A stretch of 64,000 nucleotides of DNA from Spirochaetia bacterium (GTDB lineage: Bacteria; Spirochaetota; Spirochaetia; CAKZLE01): NCBI GenBank assembly GCA_963677595.1, contig OY782041.1, positions 864,001-928,000 on the forward strand, given 5' to 3'. Positions 1 to 9,029 of the stretch are shown piece by piece. Positions within the stretch are counted from its first letter, which is position 1. Each line of letters starts with the position of its first letter. Position numbers and translations under genes: made by a program. The notes below the pieces were generated by a model. It saw only the letters and a list, made by a program, of their open reading frames with translations, searched no databases and was not told where the DNA came from.

Positions 1-2
1 CA

Positions 3-317
3 AGGGCTGGATGGGTCGGTGACTACCAGGATCCGAACACCTTCCTCGATATGTTCATCACCGGCGCAGGCATGAACGGTGGTCAGTACTCCAACGATGA
101 TTACGACACACTGATCAGCCAGGCTGCACGAATGGATCCGGGTGCTGCACGATTCGCAACCCTCCTTTCTGCAGAGAACATCATCATCAACGAAGACATG
201 GCTATCATGCCACTCTACTACTACGTTACTCTCAACATGATCGACACTGACAAGTGGGGCGGCTGGTTTACAAACACCATGGACTACCACCCAACCAAGG
301 ACATCTACCTGAAATAG
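3..317 (+). CDS. Oligopeptide ABC transporter substrate-binding protein (OppA family), C-terminal part; 5' end is outside the window
   Basis: Frame is open from the window edge: RAGWVGDYQDPNTFLDMF...NDDYDTLI...AENIIINEDMAIMPLYYY, a typical SBP family 5 C-terminus. Confidence 0.88.
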   Translation, partial: RAGWVGDYQDPNTFLDMFITGAGMNGGQYSNDDYDTLISQAARMDPGAARFATLLSAENIIINEDMAIMPLYYYVTLNMIDTDKWGGWFTNTMDYHPTKDIYLK

Positions 318-348
318 TCAGTAGATAGTTAAGTTAGATTGATTATCG

Positions 349-376
349 GCGGATCACTTCGGTGGTCCGCTTTTTT
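349..376 (+). terminator. Rho-independent terminator after oppA
   Basis: GCGGATCAC-TTCG-GTGGTCCGC hairpin followed by T6. Confidence 0.9.
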
Positions 377-439
377 GTGCTCTTAGAACAAGGTTTACTG
401 TTTTGGCTAGACTTGTTATTACTAGATGAAACTTGGGCT

Positions 440-1780
440 TTATCGACTGATCCGCTCCAAAGCGATCCGAATCAGGCGGTCTGTCTGGTCTGCAAGGAAC
501 AGCGGGATGTTCAGAACTGTCCCGTCGAGATGAAGGTTCTTAAGAGAATAGCGGATACGCAGTCTTGTGGTATCAGCAAAGAGCTTCCCATAGGTATTCA
601 AACTTGGGCTTGCGACCTGCACCCCGGCTTTCACTTCCACCGGGAAGATATCATTGTCCCTCTGGAGGATGAAATCAACCTCGGCACGCGATCTCCCATC
701 GTTCCAATAGCGCAGCGGGACTTCATAGATGTGGCTGAGAGCCTGCAGGATATAGTTCTCGGTCAAGGCCCCCTTGAACTCAGTGAACAGCCTGTTCCCT
801 TCCCCGAAAGCTGCAGGAGAAAGCAGTGAAAGCTTCCTGAGGAGGCCGGTATCAACCAGATACAGTTTGAATGCTGACAGGTCATCATAGGCCGTCAGCG
901 GTAATCGGGGAGTTGATGACCGATACACCCGTTTGACCAGGCCTGCTGCGTTCAACCACTGCAGTGCATCCTCATATTCCCGTGCCCGTGCCCCCTGCTT
1001 GATCAGCTGGTATACGAACTTCTTGTTCTCCTTAGCCAACTGCGAAGGTATTGACCGCCAAGCCAGCGAGATCTTCGGGAACTCCCTGCGGTCCGGGTAT
1101 TTCATGAAGTCCCGTTCATACATCTCGAGTATATTGCTTAAGCCCGATTGGATGAGTGCTATATCCTTCTCCGTTGCCCACCGGTACACAGCTTCAGGCA
1201 TCCCGCCTATGATGAAGTATGCTTTCAACTGATCATATAGCCGGCTGAACAGCACTTCAGGAACAGGATCGAATTCCTGTATCGACTCGCAATACTCCCT
1301 GAGGCTGTCCTCCCCGCATGCGGAAAGGAATTCTGAAAATGTCATGGGGTCCATGTGCAGGATATCGACCTTCCCGACGGGGAATGAAGTCGGTTGTGAA
1401 AGGTAGACTCCCAGCAGGGAACCGGCACAGACGACATGATACCCCGGGGCCTGCTCACAAAAATATTTTAACGATGTTACGGCCTCAGGGCATGCCTGGA
1501 TCTCATCAAGGATGATCAGGCTGCTCTGTTCCTTGATGACTACCCCTAACGTGAATCTCAAGGTATTCAGGATACGCTCAGGCTCCCTTGTCGCTGAGAA
1601 TACCTGCTTCAGGTCCGGGTTCTCCTCAAAATTGACATAGGCGACCTGTTCATACCAGCGTGCCCCGAACTCTCTCAACAACCAGGTCTTACCGACCTGA
1701 CGTACCCCCTGAAGGATCAGGGGCTTCCTGAATCTTGAGTCCTTCCACTGTACCAGCTTTTGCAGGATATCGCGTTCCAT
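440..1780 (-). CDS. AAA_14 ATPase with C-terminal DUF4143 (PD-(D/E)XK-like) domain
   Basis: Walker A GVRQVGKT, Walker B ILDEIQ, GGMP motif, C-terminal EVDF...PVEVKAG. Start placed at MERDIL, 7 nt below a TATAAT box. Confidence 0.9.
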   Translation of the reverse strand: MERDILQKLVQWKDSRFRKPLILQGVRQVGKTWLLREFGARWYEQVAYVNFEENPDLKQVFSATREPERILNTLRFTLGVVIKEQSSLIILDEIQACPEAVTSLKYFCEQAPGYHVVCAGSLLGVYLSQPTSFPVGKVDILHMDPMTFSEFLSACGEDSLREYCESIQEFDPVPEVLFSRLYDQLKAYFIIGGMPEAVYRWATEKDIALIQSGLSNILEMYERDFMKYPDRREFPKISLAWRSIPSQLAKENKKFVYQLIKQGARAREYEDALQWLNAAGLVKRVYRSSTPRLPLTAYDDLSAFKLYLVDTGLLRKLSLLSPAAFGEGNRLFTEFKGALTENYILQALSHIYEVPLRYWNDGRSRAEVDFILQRDNDIFPVEVKAGVQVASPSLNTYGKLFADTTRLRIRYSLKNLHLDGTVLNIPLFLADQTDRLIRIALERISR

Positions 1781-1787
1781 ACTGCTG

Positions 1788-1816
1788 ATTATAGGCTCAT
1801 TCTGACCTTCTGTCAA
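1788..1816 (-). promoter_or_regulatory. Consensus sigma70 promoter for the leaderless AAA_14 gene
   Basis: Minus strand TTGACA-N17-TATAAT; ATG 7 nt downstream with no Shine-Dalgarno. Confidence 0.8.
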
Positions 1817-1821
1817 AAGTT

Positions 1822-1879
1822 ATCACATTATTCGCCACGATTATGTGGAAATAATCACACTTTTTCCGATAATTATGTG
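1822..1879. repeat. Two tandem 26-bp ATCACA...TTATGTG units (period 32); the block recurs at 2650-2708
   Basis: ATCACACTTTTTCCGATAATTATGTG (1854-1879) versus ATCACACTTTTCCCAATAATTATGTG (2683-2708), 24/26 identical. Confidence 0.8.
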
Positions 1880-1988
1880 TTTGTTTCAGAACCCTAGAAA
1901 TATTGTTCTCCAAAGACAAATTCGTTTGCTGCTCTATTGCATTTACGTACGTATTGCTTTAAATCTATTTCAGTTGTACAATGTACAT

Positions 1989-2381
1989 ATGTTGGTTTTA
2001 GTTGATGCAAACATATATTTAGCGGTAATCCTTGATGAACCAGAAAAGGGCAGAATCATTGAGGCAACACAAGAAGATGACCTGATATCACCGGTTGTTT
2101 TACCTTTCGAAATTGGGAATGCTCTTTCTGCTATGTTCAAGCGGAATAGATTACATAGAAAACAGATAATCGAATGCTATTCAATCTTTCAAAAAATTCC
2201 GGTCCGACTGATTGATGTTAATATTCAAGCATCATTGAAGATTGCAGTAGATTATGGAATTTATGCTTATGATGCTTACTATTTAGAAATTGCAAAGCGG
2301 TTTACATGCAGCTTATTGAGTTTAGATAAACGTATGCAGGAAGTGGCTGCCGATCTTGGTATTCACGTATTGGAGGTTTAA
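1989..2381 (+). CDS. PIN-domain (VapC-like) toxin
   Basis: N-terminal VDAN, central E, YDAYYL and SLD acidic residues of the PIN fold; 130 aa; AT-rich. Confidence 0.85.
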   Translation: MLVLVDANIYLAVILDEPEKGRIIEATQEDDLISPVVLPFEIGNALSAMFKRNRLHRKQIIECYSIFQKIPVRLIDVNIQASLKIAVDYGIYAYDAYYLEIAKRFTCSLLSLDKRMQEVAADLGIHVLEV

Positions 2382-2609
2382 TTGAGAGTTTTCAATTATT
2401 CAGAAGCAAGACAGAATTTCGCCTCAATTTTAAATTTGTCATTAGAAGAAGATGTGATCATTGCAAAGAAAGATGGAAGTAGGTACAAGATTGTCCCGCT
2501 CAGAGAAAAAGAACGTAAATCCCCATTTGATATAGCTGGAATTTCTAGTACGATAACTACTGAAGAGATTCTTGATATCATACGTGAGACACGTGAGAGC
2601 AACGGATAA
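2382..2609 (+). CDS. Phd/YefM-family antitoxin
   Basis: N-terminus NYSEARQNFASIL...DVIIAKKDG typical of Phd/YefM; TTG start with a GGAGG RBS inside the toxin 3' end. Confidence 0.8.
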   Translation: MRVFNYSEARQNFASILNLSLEEDVIIAKKDGSRYKIVPLREKERKSPFDIAGISSTITTEEILDIIRETRESNG

Positions 2610-2649
2610 GATTCCGCTGGAGAACTGTCTTAAGAAGCTATGCTTCTCC

Positions 2650-2708
2650 ATAACAATTTTTTGCTACGATAATATGGTGTTTATCACACTTTTCCCAATA
2701 ATTATGTG
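2650..2708. repeat. Second copy of the ATCACA...TTATGTG repeat block
   Basis: Matches 1822-1879; the first unit is more degenerate. Confidence 0.75.
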
Positions 2709-2742
2709 ATCACTTTATTCTGTCAACAGTGTCCGGGCATAG

Positions 2743-2768
2743 TGAAGCCGCCCTCTCGGGCGGCTTCA
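2743..2768 (-). terminator. Hairpin downstream of ilvB, possibly a bidirectional terminator
   Basis: TGAAGCCGCCC-TCTC-GGGCGGCTTCA perfect 11-bp stem; no clear U tract. Confidence 0.7.
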
Positions 2769-2793
2769 TCGTGTGATTGATCTCTCTTACTCC

Positions 2794-4488
2794 CTAGTTC
2801 CCGATATCATCCATGATGGGGTCCACGGAGAGTATCACATCCTCTATAGGAGCCCCAGGAGCGACCATGGGGAACGCTTTATCATCGATCGGTATCTCGC
2901 AGTCGATAAGGACCGGTCCGTTCGCTGAGAGCGCTTCTCGCAGTGCTGGCTCGATCTCTTCGGTGGCACTCAGGCGCATGCCCTTCACCCCGAAGGCCTC
3001 TGCGAGCTTGACCCAGTCGATCGGGTGATCGAGGGTGGTTGCCGCATACCGCTTCTCATAGAAGAGCGTCTGCCACTGCCGAACCATACCCAGGGTGTGG
3101 TTGTTCAGCAGGACGATGACCACCGGTATGTTGTATTTCGCGAGGGTCCCGAGCTCGTTGCAGTTCATCTGGAACGAACCGTCTCCCGCTATGCTCACGA
3201 CCTTCTTGTCAGGCATCCCCATCTGGGCACCCATCGCCGCACCGGTGCCGAAGCCCATGGTCCCCAGCCCACCGGAGGTGACGAAGGTTCCCGGCTTGGA
3301 GAACTTGTAGAACTGGGCGACCCACATCTGGTGCTGCCCTACCTCGGTCACGATGATGTCATCCTCGGCGAGCAGTTCATGGAGCTTCACGATGATGTCC
3401 CGAGGCCGCTTGTTCTCGGTGGTAACCCTGATCGGGTACTTCACCTTCCAGGCCTGGATCTGGTCCATCCACTCCTTGTGGTCATAGGTCCCTTCCATGA
3501 GACTGTTCATCCTCTCGAGGACGACCTTGACATCACCGATCACGTGGTGATAGGTCTTGATGTTCTTGTTGATCTCAGCCGGGTCGATGTCGATGTGCAG
3601 GATCTTCGCGTTCATCGCGAACCGGTCAGCACGGCTGACGACACGGTCGCTGAAACGAGCACCGATAACGATCAGCAGGTCCGACCGTGATACCGACATG
3701 TTCGAGACCTTCGACCCGTGCATACCGATCATACCGGTATACTGGTCATGAGCAGCAGGGAACGCGCCCTTGCCCATGAGCGATACCCCGACCGGTGCCT
3801 GGACCTTCTCAGCAAACTCGAAGAGTTCCTCTGATGCCTTGGAACAGATGACCCCGCCGCCGACGAAGATGAACGGCTTCTTCGCTTCCTTGATCAGTTT
3901 GAGGGCTTCTTCGATCTCATCATCCTGCACGAGTTCGGCATGACGCTCGATCTCCTTCGGCTCCTGGTACTCATAGTCAGCTTCGAGGGCCGTGACATCC
4001 TTCGGGATATCGATGAGGACAGGACCGGGTCGTCCTTCCTGTGCAATGTAGAAGGCCTCACGGATCGTGTCAGCAAGCTGTGAGACATCCTTGACGATGT
4101 AGTTGTGTTTGGTGATCGGCATCGTCACCCCCGCGATATCGACCTCCTGGAAGCTGTCCTTGCCCAGCAGCGGGACCGGGACGTTACCGGTGATCGCCAC
4201 CATCGGGGACGAGTCCATATACGCTGTCGCGATGCCTGTCACCAGGTTTGTGGCCCCCGGGCCTGAGGTGGCGATACAGACGCCGACCTTCCCGGTCGCC
4301 CTCGCATAGCCATCAGCGGCATGGGCTGCCCCCTGCTCGTGGGCTGTCAGGATATGCTTGATCCTGTCGCTGTTCTTGTAGAGTTCATCATAGATGTTCA
4401 GGACCGCACCACCCGGAAAACCGAAGACGGTATCGACACCCTGCTCCTTCAGACATTCTATAAGGATTCTCGCTCCTCTCATTCTCAT
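2794..4488 (-). CDS. ilvB: Acetolactate synthase large subunit
   Basis: FGFPGG, HEQGAAHAADGYAR, TSGPGATN, GQHQMW and GDGSFQMN (TPP motif). Confidence 0.96.
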   Translation of the reverse strand: MRMRGARILIECLKEQGVDTVFGFPGGAVLNIYDELYKNSDRIKHILTAHEQGAAHAADGYARATGKVGVCIATSGPGATNLVTGIATAYMDSSPMVAITGNVPVPLLGKDSFQEVDIAGVTMPITKHNYIVKDVSQLADTIREAFYIAQEGRPGPVLIDIPKDVTALEADYEYQEPKEIERHAELVQDDEIEEALKLIKEAKKPFIFVGGGVICSKASEELFEFAEKVQAPVGVSLMGKGAFPAAHDQYTGMIGMHGSKVSNMSVSRSDLLIVIGARFSDRVVSRADRFAMNAKILHIDIDPAEINKNIKTYHHVIGDVKVVLERMNSLMEGTYDHKEWMDQIQAWKVKYPIRVTTENKRPRDIIVKLHELLAEDDIIVTEVGQHQMWVAQFYKFSKPGTFVTSGGLGTMGFGTGAAMGAQMGMPDKKVVSIAGDGSFQMNCNELGTLAKYNIPVVIVLLNNHTLGMVRQWQTLFYEKRYAATTLDHPIDWVKLAEAFGVKGMRLSATEEIEPALREALSANGPVLIDCEIPIDDKAFPMVAPGAPIEDVILSVDPIMDDIGN

Positions 4489-4671
4489 ACATCACTCCTT
4501 TGGGCAGATCGTCAGGATCGCGATCCATCCGATTCGCCATGGAAGTTTTTCATTCATACTCACACCATCAATATAGTCAGTAATCACGAAAAAACAAAAA
4601 ACTTCTTCTCAGTGGAAAGGAATCCCTTGTGGAGTTCCTCCCTCTTACATACCTAGGACGATGACAGCTTC

Positions 4672-6336
4672 CTAAAACTTGAAAACTGCCCCAGTACTTG
4701 CAGATGTCACCATCTTCGCATATCGGGCAAGGTAGCCTTCGACCTTTCTCGGTTCAGGCTGTACCCAGGCCTCTTTACGTGCCTGCAGCTCAGCATCTGT
4801 AATATCGAGCTGGATCAGGCCGTTCGGGATGTCGATGTTGATCGTGTCCCCCTCCTGTACGAGTCCGATCGGTCCGCCCTCTGCCGCTTCCGGCGAGATG
4901 TGGCCGATGGATGCCCCGCGGGTAGCGCCGCTGAACCGTCCGTCGGTGATGAGCGCGACATCCTTGTCGAGGCCCATCCCCGCGATAGCGGAGGTCGGGG
5001 AGAGCATCTCCCTCATCCCGGGACCGCCCTTTGGTCCCTCGTAGCGGATGACGACGACATCACCCTTGTTGATCTTCCCGCCGAGGATCGCCTCATTGAC
5101 AGCCTCCTCAGACTCGAAGACCCGGGCAGGGCCGCTGTGCTTGAGCATCTCCTTCGCCACGGCTGACTGCTTCACGACACAGCCGTCCGGCGCGATATTC
5201 CCCTTGAGGACCGCGATACCGCCGGTCACGCTCCAGGGAGCGTCGATCGGCTTGATGACGTTCGTGTTGCGGTTCACGGCACTGCTGATGTTTTCAGCCA
5301 CGGTCTTACCCGTTACCGTGATGCAGTCGAGGTTGAGAAGGTCCTTCTTCGAGAGCTCCTTCATGACTGCCTGCACACCGCCGGCAGCATAGAGGTCCTC
5401 GATATGGTCATCGCCCGCGGGGGAGAGATGGCAGAGGTTCGGGGTCTTCGCCGACACTGCGTTCGCGATATCGATGTTCAGGGTGACCCCTGCCTCATGT
5501 GCGATCGCGGGGAGGTGCAGCATGCTGTTGGTACTGCAGCCGAGGGCCATGTCCACTGCGAGTGCGTTCATGAACGCCTTCTCGGTCATGATGTCCCTCG
5601 GCCTGATGTCCGCTTTCAGCACTTCCATCACCTGGTGTCCCGCCTCCTTGGCAAGCCTGTCGCGTTCAGAGTAGACTGCGGGGATCGTCCCGTTCCCGGG
5701 AAGCCCGAGTCCAAGTACCTCAGTAAGGCAGTTCATGCTGTTCGCCGTGAACATTCCTGAACAGGACCCGCAGGTCGGGCAGGCATTATTCTCATAGGAT
5801 TTGAGTTCTTCCTCAGTCATCTTTCCGGCTGAATACGCCCCTACAGCCTCGAAGGTCGTGGAGAGGCTGAACGCCCCCCGTTTATCGTGGTGACCTGCCA
5901 GCATGGCACCGCCACTGACGACGACGGTCGGTATGTTCAATCGTGCGGCAGCCATCAGCATGCCCGGCACGACCTTGTCGCAGTTCGGGATCATGACCAG
6001 TGCATCGAAGGCATGGGCCATTGCCACAGCCTCGATGGAGTCGGCGATCAGCTCCCTGGTACAGAGGGAATAGCGCATCCCCTCATGCCCCATGGCGATG
6101 CCGTCGCAGACACCGATCGCGGGGAACTCCATGGGAGTCCCCCCATTGGCACGGACGCCAGCCTTGACGGCATCAACGATCCTCTGCAGGTGGATATGGC
6201 CAGGTATGATCTCATTCTTCGAGTTCACGATCCCGATGAATGGTTTCTCTATCTCACGGTCAGTAAGACCGAGGGCCTTCAGCAGTGACCTGTGCGGTGC
6301 ACGGGTCACCCCTTTCTTTGCTCTGTCACTTCTCAT
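4672..6336 (-). CDS. ilvD: Dihydroxy-acid dehydratase
   Basis: [42 protein letters not shown]. Confidence 0.97.
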   Translation of the reverse strand: MRSDRAKKGVTRAPHRSLLKALGLTDREIEKPFIGIVNSKNEIIPGHIHLQRIVDAVKAGVRANGGTPMEFPAIGVCDGIAMGHEGMRYSLCTRELIADSIEAVAMAHAFDALVMIPNCDKVVPGMLMAAARLNIPTVVVSGGAMLAGHHDKRGAFSLSTTFEAVGAYSAGKMTEEELKSYENNACPTCGSCSGMFTANSMNCLTEVLGLGLPGNGTIPAVYSERDRLAKEAGHQVMEVLKADIRPRDIMTEKAFMNALAVDMALGCSTNSMLHLPAIAHEAGVTLNIDIANAVSAKTPNLCHLSPAGDDHIEDLYAAGGVQAVMKELSKKDLLNLDCITVTGKTVAENISSAVNRNTNVIKPIDAPWSVTGGIAVLKGNIAPDGCVVKQSAVAKEMLKHSGPARVFESEEAVNEAILGGKINKGDVVVIRYEGPKGGPGMREMLSPTSAIAGMGLDKDVALITDGRFSGATRGASIGHISPEAAEGGPIGLVQEGDTINIDIPNGLIQLDITDAELQARKEAWVQPEPRKVEGYLARYAKMVTSASTGAVFKF

Positions 6337-6348
6337 ATCATGCTTCTC

Positions 6349-7419
6349 CTATAACGCTTCGCGTATCAGACGGCCCATCTCGGCAGTCCCGATGAGCTTC
6401 ATCCCGTCACTCATGATGTCCCCGGTCCGGTATCCGTTCTCCAGGGCATTGTCTACAGCCTTCTCGATATCGGCAGCCTCCTCGAGGAGCCCGAAGGTAT
6501 AGCGGAGCATCATAGCCACGGACAGGATCGTCGCGATCGGGTTGGCCTTATCCATCCCGGCGATGTCGGGGGCTGAGCCGTGTACCGGCTCGTAGAGCCC
6601 GAAGCTTCCCTCCCCGAGGCTGGCCGATGGGAGCATCCCGATCGAGCCGGTGATCATGCTCGCCTCGTCGGAGAGGATATCCCCGAACATGTTGGTCGTG
6701 ACGATCACGTCGAACTGGTGCGGGTTGCGAACCAGCTGCATGGAGGCGTTGTCCACATACATGTGGTTGAGCGTCACTTCGGGGTAATCCTTAGCGACCT
6801 CTTCCACGACTGCCCTCCATAACCTCGAACTCTCGAGGATGTTCGCCTTATCGACGCTGGTCACCCGCTTGTCGCGCTTCATCGCGATCTCGAATGCCAG
6901 CTTCGCTATCCTTCTGATCTCAGGTTCAGTATAGGCGAGGGTATCATAGGCCTTGGTGCCGGAGGGGAGTTCCTCCCTACCCTTCTCGCCGAAGTAGATA
7001 CCGCCGGTCAGCTCACGGACGACGCAGATGTCGAGTCCGTCACCGATGATGTCGGGACGAAGAGGGCAGGCATCGATGAGCTGCTTGTAGAGGATGGCAG
7101 GTCTCAGGTTGGCATAGAGCCCAAGTCCGGCGCGGAGCCCGAGCAGGGCCTGTTCCGGCCGCTTGCTCCCCTCGAGGTCATCCCACTTCGGTCCGCCCAC
7201 GGCACCGAGGAGGACTGCATCACTTGCCTTGCAGGTATCAAGGGTCTCCTGCGGCAAGGGGATGCCGTGCACATCGAGGGCTGCACCCCCGGCAAGCACT
7301 TCGGTGTAGCTGAAGGAGTGGCCGAACTTCTCCCCGATCATGTCGAGGACGAGCTTGGCCTCCTTCACGATATCGGGGCCGATCCCGTCTCCGGGTACTA
7401 CTGCAATCTGTATGTCCAT
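6349..7419 (-). CDS. leuB: 3-isopropylmalate dehydrogenase
   Basis: [45 protein letters not shown]. Confidence 0.97.
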   Translation of the reverse strand: MDIQIAVVPGDGIGPDIVKEAKLVLDMIGEKFGHSFSYTEVLAGGAALDVHGIPLPQETLDTCKASDAVLLGAVGGPKWDDLEGSKRPEQALLGLRAGLGLYANLRPAILYKQLIDACPLRPDIIGDGLDICVVRELTGGIYFGEKGREELPSGTKAYDTLAYTEPEIRRIAKLAFEIAMKRDKRVTSVDKANILESSRLWRAVVEEVAKDYPEVTLNHMYVDNASMQLVRNPHQFDVIVTTNMFGDILSDEASMITGSIGMLPSASLGEGSFGLYEPVHGSAPDIAGMDKANPIATILSVAMMLRYTFGLLEEAADIEKAVDNALENGYRTGDIMSDGMKLIGTAEMGRLIREAL

Positions 7420-7460
7420 ATCTCTTTTCTCCTTATCAAGAATATCTATTCGTCAGCCGC

Positions 7461-9029
7461 TCAGGCATGCAGCAGGCGGTACTCCAGGGAGTCCACCAGC
7501 GCAAGCCAGCTGGCCTGTATGATGTCCGTCGAGACCCCGACCGTAGTCCAGGTCCTCATGCCGTCCGTCGATTCGATCAGGACCCGTACCCGTGCAGCCG
7601 ATGCCTGCTTGGAATCGAGCACCCGCACCTTGAAGTCTGTGAGGCTCACATGCTTGAGCACGGGGTAGAAGACCTCGAGTGCCTTGCGGAGCGCCCTGTC
7701 CAGGGCGTTGACCGGTCCGTCACCCTCAGCTGCCGTGATCTCCTCTGCCCCGTCAACAGAGATCTTGATCATGGCTGAGCTGCTCATCTCCTTCTTGTCG
7801 CTCGGCTGCTCCCCAATGATCTTGAAGTGGTCGAGCTCGAAGAACGGCCGGTACTTCCCGAGGTGCTTCCTGATCACCAGCTCGAAGGAGCTCTCTGCTG
7901 CCTCGAACTGGTAGCCTTCCATCTCGAGCTCCTTGAGCCGCTTGATGATGGCTTTCGTCTCAGGGGAGTCCTTGTCGAGGTCAGGGGAGATCTTCTGGAT
8001 CTTCTTGAGGATCATCGACCTCCCTGAGACCTCGCTCATCAGCAGCCGCCGCTCGTTGCCGACCAGGTCGGGCTGGATATGCTCAAAGGAGAGCGGGTTC
8101 TTGTTGATCCCGTCGATATGCATCCCGCCCTTGTGGGCGAAAGAACTCTTCCCGACATAGGGCATACCGTGCGGTATCCTGATGTTGGCGATCTCGGCGA
8201 TGATCGTCGCCGTGCTCGTGAGCATCTCCAGGTTGCCTTCCGGCAGGCAGGGGATGCCCATCTTCTGCTCGAAGGCAGGGATCAGGGAGGAGAGGTTGGC
8301 GTTCCCGCACCGTTCCCCGAAGCCGACGAATGTCCCCTGCACATGGCAGGCTCCTGCTTCTACGGCCTGTACCGAGTTCGCGACCGCCATCCCCCCGTCA
8401 TTATGGGCATGGATGCCGATCCTGGACCCGGGGCAGTGCTCGAGGGCAACCCTCGTTGCCTTATGGACCTGGGAAGGGAGCGCCCCGCCGTTCGTCTCAC
8501 AGAGGACGAGCGTCTTCGCCCCTCCTTCGATCGCGGCATCGAGTGTCCGGAGGGCATACTCGGGGTTGCTCTTGTACCCGTCGAAGTAGTGCTCGGCATC
8601 GAAGATGACCTCCTTCCCCTTCTCCTTGAAGAAGGCGATGGTCTCCCTGATCATCGCAAGGTTCTCCTCGAGGGTAGTCCTGATGATGTCAGTGACATGG
8701 AAGTCCCAGCTCTTGCCGAAGATCACCACGACCGGGGTGTTCGCCACGAGCAGGGACTGCACGTTCGCATCATCCTCCACCTTGATGTCCCGCCGCCGGG
8801 TACTCCCGAAGGCCGCGAGTCTCGCATGCTTCAGGTCCATCTTCTCGGCATAGCTGAAGAACTCGAGGTCCTTGGGGTTGGAGCCGGGGTTCCCGGCCTC
8901 GACATAGGAGACCCCGATCGCATCGAGTGCCTCGAGGATCTGTATCTTGTCATGGACGCTGAAGGAGATCCCCTCTCCCTGTGCACCGTCCCTCAGTGTC
9001 GAATCGAAAATCTCTACTGTTCTACTCAT
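7461..9029 (-). CDS. cimA: Citramalate synthase
   Basis: DSTLRDGAQGEG, EAGNPGSNPKD, FGKSWDFHV, DAEHYFDG, HKGGMH: CimA-type DRE-TIM with a regulatory domain. Confidence 0.9.
   Translation of the reverse strand: MSRTVEIFDSTLRDGAQGEGISFSVHDKIQILEALDAIGVSYVEAGNPGSNPKDLEFFSYAEKMDLKHARLAAFGSTRRRDIKVEDDANVQSLLVANTPVVVIFGKSWDFHVTDIIRTTLEENLAMIRETIAFFKEKGKEVIFDAEHYFDGYKSNPEYALRTLDAAIEGGAKTLVLCETNGGALPSQVHKATRVALEHCPGSRIGIHAHNDGGMAVANSVQAVEAGACHVQGTFVGFGERCGNANLSSLIPAFEQKMGIPCLPEGNLEMLTSTATIIAEIANIRIPHGMPYVGKSSFAHKGGMHIDGINKNPLSFEHIQPDLVGNERRLLMSEVSGRSMILKKIQKISPDLDKDSPETKAIIKRLKELEMEGYQFEAAESSFELVIRKHLGKYRPFFELDHFKIIGEQPSDKKEMSSSAMIKISVDGAEEITAAEGDGPVNALDRALRKALEVFYPVLKHVSLTDFKVRVLDSKQASAARVRVLIESTDGMRTWTTVGVSTDIIQASWLALVDSLEYRLLHA

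Noticed and set aside
362-829. 155-aa plus-strand ORF
   Set aside because: It starts inside the terminator hairpin and is antisense to the AAA_14 gene.
1845-1988. N-terminal extensions in the ORF track (PIN, ilvN, aroA, addA, addB, CPBP, ettA, asnA, AAA_14 and others)
   Set aside because: They run through promoters or neighbouring genes; downstream starts fit RBS or -10 positions and family lengths.
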